Shown piece by piece: positions 41,461 to 52,600 of a DNA stretch of 64,000 bases. Each line of letters starts with the position of its first letter. Position 1 is the first letter of the stretch. The position numbers and the translations under genes were made by a program. The DNA is taken from NCBI GenBank assembly GCA_036172245.1, contig JAYWIR010000078.1:124001-188000 (forward strand), read 5' to 3'. Below the pieces are notes generated by a model that made no database searches, was not told the origin of the DNA, and saw only the letters and a list, made by a program, of their open reading frames with translations. Source of the stretch: Raillietiella orientalis (lineage: Eukaryota).

Positions 41461-44420
41461 TGCAAGTATCAGCATAGTTTTGACCTTTCTGGTGTACAGT
41501 GTCATTAGCAATCACGTGAACCAAGAAACTGATATAATGCACTTTGGCTTGATCTTTGTGATGGTTTTTGATATTAGTGCTGTGGAAACTGGGCATAAAA
41601 TTGTCCAGCTTATTTTCCTAGGACTGATGAGGTGCAAGTTACTCTTTGTAGCTACACTCTTATCCTAGAACGTAATATTCACACATCTTTGCAGGGAAGC
41701 ATGTAACTATTTGAGGGATTGATGTCTGAACTCATGAGGCATTTGGCAGGTTGCCTGTGATTTTAATGGTGTATTTCTTTGGCAGTTATCCTGCTAATAA
41801 TTTTAAGCTCTGCACCTGTAGTTCTGTATTTGTCTTTTTTGTCCTCTTTCTTCAAACAGGAAGATGAGAAATTCAATGTCCTGTCATAAACTTTCTGTCA
41901 TTACATATAATGGTTTCTTCCTGCCTGCGCTCCTCTGATGGATCCTGATCTCAACACAATCCTTGCAAATTGTTTCATAAATTTTCTTGTGTTTGAGAAT
42001 TCATTTTAAAATATGCTTTTCACTAAAACCTTGCTTTGTTTTGGTAGCTTTCTACTGCAGTAAGTCACAGTCATTAACACCTTTCAGCACACTTTCTCCT
42101 ATCTCAATTAGCCACTTGGCTATATCTGCATCCTGTCTATAGCAAGATATACCAAGGAGATTGTTTACTAGCTGACACATTCTTTCTCCAAAGCCTAGAA
42201 ATCAAATCAAATTAACTTGCAAAGCTAGTCTTGCAAATCAGCAACTAGAAAATATGAACTTAAGTTCATGCTTTTGGAAGCCCTAAGCAGATCACTTACC
42301 TTAAAGTGAAGCTTGATGTTTTTAAGAATATTCACTTAGTACATCTGGTGGGTGATATGGAATTCAAAACATCAATTTCATGCCTTGGTTGATTTGTTGG
42401 GCAAAGTTCAGCAGCCTACTTATCAAAACACATCACCATAATAGGAATTTTCGATATACAGCGCCTGTCAATGTTTGTTTAACTGGATTCACACCCATAT
42501 ACAAGAGAACACAATACAGGCTTGTGATCGCAACAAATACAGAAATATAGTTTCATTAAACAGTGTCCATGTTTGAAAGGAATGTCCGGTTGATCATGTC
42601 ATTCGAAACTTTGTTAAACAATAAAGAAACTACGTTCGCCACACGAAGTGGGAGACTTTTTTTAAATTCACAAAGCCAGTAAATGATGCTTGATGGTAAG
42701 ACTACAAATCGTGACACATTACCCATACCTGTCATCCGTTTTCAAATTGCCGCGCATGTACAGGAGTACATGGGAAACCTACATGGATAACAGAAATGCA
42801 ACTCAAAGTTTGCAACATCTGCATGAAACAACTGGGCAAATTCACGAGCACAATGTTTAAAAGCATCATGTTTGATCAACCTACCGTGATCACTATTGGC
42901 ATTGTCATTTTATGTGTTTTACGAGAACACTATCAGGAACCTGTCGGAGATGGTGAAATTCTTGGAACGAATATGGTTACCAGAACTTCCAAGCAACCAC
43001 GACTGAATTTTGACGAGTATCAAATCTCTTGAGCTCGTTTCACAACAGAGCTAAAATTTAGAAGCTAAAGAGCACTAATTTTCTTCAGTTTTCATTTGTC
43101 AAAACTCATTAATACTGTGAATCCAATTTTCCACGCCATTCTTCAAGCACAGTTTTAGTTTCGAAAGAAGTATTCAGATTCACACACGTCCAAAATTGTT
43201 TGTTATTTCTTTCCAAGACTTTTCCTAATGAGTACAGTTTTGGGTATATTTCTTCATGAATGATTGGAATTAAAAACCGTTATTGTAAAATGGAGCATTT
43301 TTGAATTGAAACTGCATTACAAATAAGTATTAACAACGTAGGTATGGAATGTTTTTTTCTTGCGCTTTGATCAAGCCAGTGCAGAATCGAGAAATTTTTT
43401 TTTGTGCTGTGTACCGATTTGCTTAAAGTACTGAATTTGCTTTGAAAGCTTCAAAACATTCAACAATATCAGTTTCCCTTTGAATTTCCAAGTCAAATTA
43501 CATTTTTATTTCTAGAGTTTCTCGTTTAGAATGCCAGAACTCTGGGAATCTTAATAATGAAGGCATCCTTCCTTATTTTAATGTGCGTCTCAAAAATGAA
43601 ACGCAATTTCTTAGAAATTCTTGGTTCGATTTAAAAAAAAAGTTCAAAATATCTCTTATCATGTTGCCTTTTTACATCATAATTTACATACTTTAATAAA
43701 ATAAAGATTTAATAGAACTTAACTTTTGCAATTACAGTATGAAATCAAAATTTAACTCCTGCTTTGGAAAATGTTCAATAATCTCAGTGCACCTAACACT
43801 CAATTATTCTTTGCATTTTATGAGTGCATGAAAAGGAGTTTTTTTAAAGCAGCAAAAAATTCTCATACTTGCTTAGAACATTCACAGGTTTCCATATTCT
43901 CAAAATTTTTTTTTCTTATCATTTTCGTTTTTGCCTCCATAGTAAAATTGCATCTTCTATGTTCTAAAAAATAAGAAATAATCCCAATATATTGATGATT
44001 TGAGTCCATGCCCATGAATGATATAATTACTTGATTATGAAGAATCTGTTTACGGAGGGCCAATTCCATTCTTACAATATTTCAAGTGTATATTTGTGAA
44101 GTTGGTTTCTTGAAAATTTTCAAGTTCTTTATCCTTTGAGATTTATACTTCAAAAGTAATATATAAGAACTTTTTATCTTCCTCCTGTGCTTCTCAAATT
44201 GCTCCATTTATGCGGGAATATTTTTTTAATTTTGTTTGAATTCGATGTTTCCTGATTGTTTTGACTGTTACATTGATAATTAAGTAAATTCAAAAAATTT
44301 GTACTAATATTTTTGTATAATGCATCTGGCAAAATTTAAATTTCCGCACGTGATAACGAAAGGTTTGCAAGTATGTCAATACTCTATTGTTAACTGAATC
44401 CAGTTGAAAATTTTGTAATT

Positions 44421-47221
44421 ATGACTGTTGAAGATGAAGTGAAGCGCAAAGCAGAAATTTTGAAAGCCCAAGCAAATGAATATTTTAAAAGTAGGAAAAG
44501 TTTGTATTTTCATACTTCTATTTGTTTTTAATTTTTGTTATTGTCCGGGATTTCATCTTTTTCATATGTGTCCAAGTGCATTCGATTGCCTGTCATTGAA
44601 TGAATTTTGTTTGTTGGCTTGTAATTAAAAGTCTAACAAATGTTTGCACAATCTATGTACTCACAAAACAGCAATGCTTATCATAAATTGGTTTGCTTAT
44701 GCTATGTGCAAGGATTATTTCTAAATATTATTGAATATATGCATGCAGGGAGTTTGATACTCAAGTATTGTCGATCATCGTGTAATGGTTGAAGTTTGTA
44801 TGCAGGCCTGGCCTCTCCACAAAAATCTCACGTTGTTTTGGATTTATTGCGATGAATTCTTTAATTCTGGATCTATTTGATGTTTGATGTGATTTCTGTT
44901 GTAAATTCTTTTACCGTGTTCCTATTGATTAGGATAATTATTGTTCTGCACACGTTTTCAAAGTGTTGTGACTATTTTAAAAATGAAGTAATTAAATACT
45001 TAGTGTCTCATTAGTGAAATGTTTGGTGTATGTATCCTGGAATCCTTTATTACAGCAACAGGATATGAATAGTTCGAGTTGTGTATTTTTTAAAAAAAAT
45101 AAAGTTTAAAGTAAGGTTTTGTCCCAATAGTGCAACCAGACATGGGACTACAACATGAACTATATTTTGATAAGATGCTGCTTGTATTGCAAATGTGAGC
45201 ATCACTGTAATGTTTCATGTAACATGAATGCTAATAGATAAGCTAATAGATTTTTAAAGCTTGTGTGTGGCTCATTATAAAAACAAGACTTGTGTTAAGT
45301 ACGAAAACATCTGTTCCAGTTTTACTTTGAAAGTTTTCACTATTTATGCATATAGTATCATGAATACATTTGATTGACTGATACTCTCTTTTTATTTGTT
45401 GAAGCTTTTGGAGAGTGCTTTGTTTCATGTCATTTTTTATAAGATTCAAGATTACTTTCAATCACCATTATGCATTATTAATCCAGGTTTGATGTAACTA
45501 ATATTTGCATTTTAGAAAATAATTATGTAGAAGCCATTAACCTCTATACTGAAGCGATCCAGCTGGATCCTTGTGATCCAGTCTATTATGGAAACCGAAG
45601 TTTTGCACATTTGCGAATGGAATCATTTGGCTCTGCTTTAGAAGATGCAACAAAATCTATAATGTTGGATAAGAAATACATCAAAGGATACTACAGAAGA
45701 GCTGCTGCCCTAATGTCCCTTGGGCGGGTTAAACAAGCTTTGAAAGATTATGAAGCGGTAATATAAAAGATTTTTTTTCCTCGACCTTGTTCGTATAGGT
45801 TTCTAAAGCACGTCCTTCTGATCTGGATGCTCGTCAGAAACATGCTGAATGTGAAAAGATTGTAAGAAGACTAGCATTCGAAAAAGCTATTGCTATTGAT
45901 GATAGGAAAATGTCAGTTGCTGATACAATTGATTTGGCTAGCATGGGTATGCATTTGAATTATGGTCGAAAAACGTTATACCTCGTATTAAGTTATTGAG
46001 GAAGATTATGAAGGACCACAACTGAATTCCGAAGGTAAGGTTACTGTGGAGTTTATGGAACAGCTGCAGGAACATTATCGAAATCAGAAAAAGTTGCATC
46101 ACAAATATGCTTATCAGGTGAAAATCTTACATATATAAAGTGATTATACCATAACAATGTTACAGATTTTATTGGATGTGAAAGCTTATTTTGAAAAACA
46201 ACCAACCCTGTTAGAAATAAATATGGAAAAAGACAGCAAATTCACAGTGTGTGGGGATATACATGGGCAGTTTTTTGATCTACTCAATATTTTCAAACTG
46301 AATGGAGTGCCCTCTGAAAAAAATCCTTATGTATCCTTTTGGAATAGGATATTTAATTTATTGCACCTTAGTTCTTTCATAGCTGTTTAATGGAGACTTT
46401 GTAGATAGAGGCTCATTTTCCGTGGAATGCATCTTTACTTTATTTGGTTACAAATTGCTTTATCCAGATCATTTTTTTATGGCACGTGGTAAGGACAGTC
46501 AAAGGATAATGCAAAATGATAATGTCTATAGGAAACCATGAAAGTCAAACCATGAATCAAATGTATGGATTTGAAGGTGAAGTACGAGCTAAATACACTG
46601 CTAGAATGGCAGAGTTATTCACTGAAGTCTACAACTGCTTGCCTCTTGCTCATCTAATTAGCAATCGCATTCTTGTAATGCATGGAGGGTTATTCTCAGA
46701 TGACAATGTAACTCTAGATAGCATACGCCAAGTTAATCGTTTTCAGCAACCACCTGAAGAAGGTAAAAATTTTTGTGCGGGTATCAGCATAAATCAATTT
46801 TCTAGGTATAATGTGTGAACTATTATGGTCGGATCCACAAGTACAAGAAGGAATTTCCCCAAGTAAACGAGGTGTAGGGATCCAATTTGGACCAGATGTT
46901 ACTGAGAAATTCCTGGCTAGAAATAATCTTGACTACATAATTCGCAGTCATGAAGTTAAAGCAGAAGGCTATGAAGTAGCACACAAGGGGAAATGTGTGA
47001 CTGTATTCTCTGCCCCTAACTACTGTGATAACATGGGCAACAAAGGTGCCTTTTTAACATTACGAGAAGGGGACTGGAAGCCAAATTTTGTTACATATGA
47101 AGCAGTGGTATGTATTAAATGACTAGTTAAGATATGCATTCTGCCATTTTTTTTTTTTAAGCCACATCCCAATGTTCAGCCAATGATGTATGTTAATCCC
47201 TTGTTACGTGTGTTTTCCTGA
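44421..47221 (+). CDS. PPP5C: Serine/threonine protein phosphatase 5 (TPR + PPP catalytic domain); 9 exons
   Basis: TPR motifs ([39 protein letters not shown]). Catalytic motifs [65 protein letters not shown]-terminal [11 protein letters not shown]. Confidence 0.97.
46331..46382 (+). other. U12-type (minor spliceosome) GT-AG intron in PPP5C, 52 nt
   Basis: The 5' site GTATCCTTTT is the U12 consensus. A branch-like CACCTTAG has its A at 46370, 12 nt from the 3' end. Removal joins [13 protein letters not shown] in frame. Confidence 0.85.
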
Positions 47222-47245
47222 CGATACAGGTTATTAATATATGTT

Positions 47246-47925
47246 TTATTTCCCGATCATTGTATTTATCTTTTCCATAACATCAGGGAGTAGTTCATTG
47301 CGATTGCCTCTTGTCACCTGAAATCAATCCAGAATCCATACACCAATTAGCATGCTTACTGTAAATACATAGCAGTCATTTCGGTCACGCAATGTCCTTA
47401 AAAAAGGTGTTATTCTGTTAGATATTGTTGCTACTAAAGGAACTCTGTTGGAATTGAAAATCTGTTGTATCTTCTGTTGGAAGGTCTTGCTCAATAACTC
47501 CATGCTGCCTATTTCATCTAATACAAATAGTGTCAGCATTTCTTCACTGTAATTTTCAAGCAATGGCATGACTAACTTCTCAAAGGACGAGACATCTACC
47601 ATATACTGACCAATACATGGCAACTGGGTATTCTTTTCTCTATAAAGGAAAGCTAATATTAAGTTACACAGCTGAATCAACCTGATTCGAGCAAGAACTC
47701 CATGGTCTCCATTTAAAGTGACTATGTCAAAACCAACACGTTTGGTTCTATCACGAACTTCTTCTGTATAAAACCCCTGTATTTTATATAGTGGGGTTTT
47801 GGATAGACTACTGACAATTTTTTTGATTAATGTGGTCTTGCCTACTCCTAAATTGAAACACATTGATGCAATTTAAAGGATAAAAAAAAATTACCAGGGT
47901 CTCCAGTTATTAATATATGTTGCAT
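47246..47925 (-). CDS. NTPCR: Cancer-related nucleoside triphosphatase (NTPCR/THEP1 family); 4 exons
   Basis: MQHILITGDP|GVGKTT (Walker A), IQGFYTEEVR, RVGFDIVTLNG..GVLAR, IGQYMVDVSSFE, LDEIGSMEL (Walker B), VTRGNRNEL; introns of 47, 42 and 42 nt. Confidence 0.93.
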
Positions 47926-47971
47926 CTTTACCTGCAATACATTCGGAAAAATGATTTGCATGCATTATATC

Positions 47972-47977
47972 TTTATT
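47972..47977 (-). terminator. AATAAA polyadenylation signal between the lines stop and the NTPCR start
   Basis: tttatt on + strand, 20 nt after the lines TAG; the first canonical AATAAA I find downstream of both the methyltransferase and lines ORFs. Confidence 0.6.
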
Positions 47978-47997
47978 GCAAACACTACCCATTCCCC

Positions 47998-49677
47998 CTA
48001 CTCATATAAATGCTCGCAGTGAGCAAGCAGCCGCAAGATTGGATCAATATTGTAAGGAAATAAATGTTTTTCAACCAAACGAGAAAGCAGCATTCGTAGG
48101 CGAATAAACAAACTCATAACAGAATCTAACTGAAAGGAACAGCTCGAACAAAACACTCTCCAGTTCCTTTTGATAAATTTAAGCAATTTTAGCACGAACA
48201 GTAAGAAACAAGTTTCATTGGATACCAACAAATCCAACAGCACATTTGCATCATAATCTATCATTGTTAAGAATTCACATAGGGCAGCTGTGGGGTTAGT
48301 GGCTTCTAGCAACCAGCTTGAATTATTTTGCATTTGCAAAGTAACATGGATGTCCAAAACACACACCAATGCTTCAACAAGGGCATCATCTTGGTCACCT
48401 AGTAATTTTACAATCCATTCAGCTAAAGGAAGTTGTGGGTGATAGGGAGCATGAGATTTGACATAAAGGTCAAGACGTTTAAGGCATTCACTTGCAATAC
48501 GCTCTAAACATGATACATCGAGCTCAGGTTCAGATCCTATTTCACTGCCTTCAGAACTGTCTTCACTCTCTCCACGTGTGTCTTTGCTTAGGACAGCTAT
48601 GGCTTTAATAACTAATAACACAAGTTTTTGTATGAGGGTGCTTGCACTCATTTTAGTACATAAATCATCTGATTGGTTAATGGGGATTTTCTGCAAAATA
48701 TTGCCTGCAGATGCTGAACGCAACAATGTCTGTGCAAAATGTAATGGCTCGTCTTCTACAGAATCCTGAAGAGCAAGTGTGCTACCATAACAGAGCAGTT
48801 CATTTGCCAATGTGAGAACTGCATTCCACAGAGCATCAGATGATTGCTGATCCAATGATTCAATCAATGTATCAATACAAAGCTGAAACTGGCGGGTGTC
48901 AACCACAGATAAATTTGTGCGAATGGCCACAAGTTGCTGCCATAAATGTATAAAAGACAGCAACCCACTTTCTAATGACGGATTAGCTGTAGCTATTTGA
49001 TTCAAAAACCAATGGAGAATTCCTGTCCAACGTATCTCTAATGCTTTTAAGATAATACACTTCAGATTGTTGATGCTTGTTGATATCTGTTCAGGATCTG
49101 CAGATGAAATGCAGCAGTTTTCGGGATGCTGATGATTTTCAGTGGGATGTGAATCATTATGCTGCCATTCCATCAATTTAGTAAGCACTTTGACTGAATG
49201 CTCCCATTCTCCAACATTCTGGGATACAGGTATTTGTGACAAAAGCATGCTAACGACATCTGCTGCCATCTGACTCTTATCTAATATCAACAAGTGAATC
49301 AAGGCATTGTGGGCACAGTATGATACTAATTGCACTTCAGATGAAAGCAGCAAAAGCAGCACATCCTTGATACCAGAATAAGAGCTATATAATATCTCGC
49401 ATAAATTTTTCAATTGAGAGCAAATAATGCCATGTTCCATTTGTAACTGTAGAGAACGACACAAAATATTAATCACACTACAGAAAAGTGCTTGGTGTTC
49501 ACAGCTGATAACAGTCTTTTTAAGCAAATTACAACATTGCTGAAACTCATCCAGGATTTTTTCTAGATCCACATTGCAAAGACACTGTGTTATTGCCTCA
49601 CTATACAATTTTTTAAGAAACTTATAACAGTGACTGTGGAGGGGGTCATATCTTGGCTTTTTGTTTTTAGGTGCCAT
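47998..49677 (-). CDS. lin: Protein lines homolog (Lines/LINS1), intronless, 559 aa
   Basis: Lines C-terminal domain: DQDDALVEALVCVLD, NPTAALCEFL, DANVLLDLLVSNETCFLLFVLKLLKFI..NW, LFIRLR...RLVEKHLFPYNIDPILRLLAHCEHLYE. Central LCYGSTLALQ motif. First ATG at 49677. Confidence 0.92.
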   Translation of the reverse strand: MAPKNKKPRYDPLHSHCYKFLKKLYSEAITQCLCNVDLEKILDEFQQCCNLLKKTVISCEHQALFCSVINILCRSLQLQMEHGIICSQLKNLCEILYSSYSGIKDVLLLLLSSEVQLVSYCAHNALIHLLILDKSQMAADVVSMLLSQIPVSQNVGEWEHSVKVLTKLMEWQHNDSHPTENHQHPENCCISSADPEQISTSINNLKCIILKALEIRWTGILHWFLNQIATANPSLESGLLSFIHLWQQLVAIRTNLSVVDTRQFQLCIDTLIESLDQQSSDALWNAVLTLANELLCYGSTLALQDSVEDEPLHFAQTLLRSASAGNILQKIPINQSDDLCTKMSASTLIQKLVLLVIKAIAVLSKDTRGESEDSSEGSEIGSEPELDVSCLERIASECLKRLDLYVKSHAPYHPQLPLAEWIVKLLGDQDDALVEALVCVLDIHVTLQMQNNSSWLLEATNPTAALCEFLTMIDYDANVLLDLLVSNETCFLLFVLKLLKFIKRNWRVFCSSCSFQLDSVMSLFIRLRMLLSRLVEKHLFPYNIDPILRLLAHCEHLYE

Positions 49678-52600
49678 TATCCTGGAGGCGCCAAACACTC
49701 ACATGATCAAATACTAACTTATGAATACGTTCAGTGTCAGGTTGAATCCAACTAAGTTCTACTTCTTGAATTAGCTGAAACTTGTTTGAAAGAATTTTTT
49801 TAAGTATGGAAAATGCCTGTGTGTCCTCACTGCGATCGTCTTTATAAGTTTCCAAACGATGTGACTGCAAAACAGGAAACATTACAAATATTAGTTTCCA
49901 TAAATTTACCTTTGGTATTAGTGTTTCATTCCAATAATAATCTGATGCGATCACAAGGATACCTCCGGAACACAGATACTGTGGAATTTTCTGTAGAAAT
50001 GCTTCTGGTTTCTGTAAGGATGTCAACACATCTGCTAGCAATATGCAGCCAAAATTACGAAATTGTCGTGGCAAATTTTGCAAATCTCCCTGATGAAAAG
50101 TTACTTTTTTGGCATCCTATGGATACCTATGTATAAAAACAAATGGCATGGCAACGTAGTCCTTACCATATGAAGCTCAAGTTTAGCAAGAAAGGATTTA
50201 GAAAAGCCTTCATTCTTATTTCCCAATGTAAAAGCTAAATAACCATACTGTTTTAATTGATTGCAAGCTGCAAGCATCCAATAACTTTGATCAACTCCAA
50301 CAACTTCTTTGAAATATGATGATAACTCAAAGCTGGTTCTTCCTGTTCCACATCCTGCATCCAATACTTTTCCAAGTAAATCTGGCTACAAGCATAGAAT
50401 CTATGTTCCTAGTTCTGAAGATACAATACAATGAACAACATGCATGCAAAATAAAATAATACTGAGAACCGCTTCAACCTGAACTCATCATATTTATAAC
50501 ATACTTCTAGTGTACAAAATGGTGAGTCATTATTCATTTCATCAACAACATAATTATGATACAGCAATAATGCACTATGTGTAGTGCTTTTAATTAGAAA
50601 AAATGCAAATCATCCAAATGAAATCAGTCTATGTGATAAAATTTTTGAAGTTCATGAATTAAAGATCAGATAAGGGGCTTGTAAGTGCAAACAAAAGGAA
50701 ACAAAACTCAGATCAGTGCTGACCATGATACGCACTTTATACACAATCATTTGTGTTGTTTCCTCAAATTTCAATTTTCATAGTGAACAATCAAAAAACA
50801 TCTTAAGAGACAAAAATAAAGCAAAATTAACTGTCTAGTCCATGAACTGGAGGCATTTCAGGATACAAACAAATCTTGGAATATTACAGGAAATGAAAGA
50901 TCACAACAGAAACCAATCACCTGGCACAAGCTAAAATCTCAAAGAATTGTTTCATTTCAAAATTTTGAATATGGTGCAACAATTTTTAAAAATAAAAGGG
51001 GAATCGCCATTTTCTTAATTTTGGTCAAGTTTGAGTTGAATTTCAATGATACTCCTGTTTTTTCTAATCTGATCTACCAAATGGAAATTTTGTAACACTG
51101 ATCAAAAAGCATTACTTAAACATAATAAAGTTCAGTTTGAATTGCATTTGCATAAAACAAGGGAGCCCTATAACTGAAAGAAACATGATGCAAAATTGAT
51201 GTTTCATTATTTTTATACATTATTATTCCAAAATGATCAAATGAATTTACACTAATGTGACCTCTCTCCCTTTCCCCAATGGGGCCCCAGTGGCAAGTAA
51301 GCTGCTTTCTTGCCACTGGGGTCCAGAATCACTTGAACTCTTGCAGGAACAAGCACCCTACATAACATCATCCCCCCCCCCCCCCACTGTAAGGAAAAAA
51401 TAAATGCTCTGGCTCAACTGGATGTCAAAGCTGCTAGTACTGTTGCATATAAACATTGAATATCTGTGGTATAAAAACACTTCATTCATGACTTCCTGAA
51501 TTTGAAATTCCCAATCATATTGCTCTCATCAACAATACAGAGTAATATATATACCAAAGAGGGATTTCTATAGATGCGACCCATTATGAATATTATCCTT
51601 CTAAGCATTCAGATTTGCATCCCTAGTTTTCCAATATCAAAAGAAAGCAAAAACAAAGACAGTACTTATTGCGAGAGTGGTTGTATTCATTATTATTAAA
51701 ATAAATCATGCAAACTTATTTTTTCTCCTTTAATTTAGCATTTTCTTTCTTCTGTGTACTCACAATGTCTAAAAATAAATCAACGCAAAAAAAAAAAAAT
51801 GAGCCTTCTATGCTTTCAATTTCTGTGTTTTTGTGTCAGAAAATGACTATTCTATATTCAACAAAAGCAATACACAAAAATGGCTTTTAAACAAACATTC
51901 TGAATTCAGCTACTTTGGAAGCTTAGAGATGTGAAAACCATGACACTGAATAACTTTATACATTGCTTACATACAATAAACATCAAATCTTAGTTGATTA
52001 GTTCAAAAGTTTCCTTACTGTCCTACAACACACAGAACACATAGCCTGCATATGATGTTCGCCAAAGGTATGAGTACAAACCAATGTTTGGATTTCAGAA
52101 ATGCAACAGAACAAAAAATACCACTGTGAGCTACATTTAATGTGTACATAGCAGTAAACTGCAAATGAGGAATGTGGGAACAAAGTGTGTACATGTAATC
52201 ACCAAAGACCTGAATAGAACTTGAAAAACAAAAAACCAAAAGAAAGAAAAAAGAAAAGCTTCCCATGATAAACATACCAAAACATACCACTAAAATTCAT
52301 GGAAGTTAATCCTGAAAAATTTAAAAGCACAAATCTTAATATAGTGGTAAAAGCAAAGCTTCTGTGTATAAGAATAAATTAGGTACCTTCTAATGGATTA
52401 ATAAATCCATATTGATAAATTAGTTTCCATGCAATTCTTTTCCAAGATAATTTCTATACAAGGAAAGGCTATATAAAGGTGACATGCACATTAACTTTAC
52501 ATTGCATATGCTTCAAAACATATTTAAGGATTATGTAATGTGATTGAAAAATGCATTTCATTGTACTTGGAGGAACTAAAGAATTTTATGTGATAATCCT

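Noticed and set aside
50117..50130. Apparent in-frame TAG or frameshift in the methyltransferase (pseudogene?)
   Set aside because: Using the downstream acceptor ccatag|GAT (50-nt intron 50117-50166) restores the frame; the gene looks intact.
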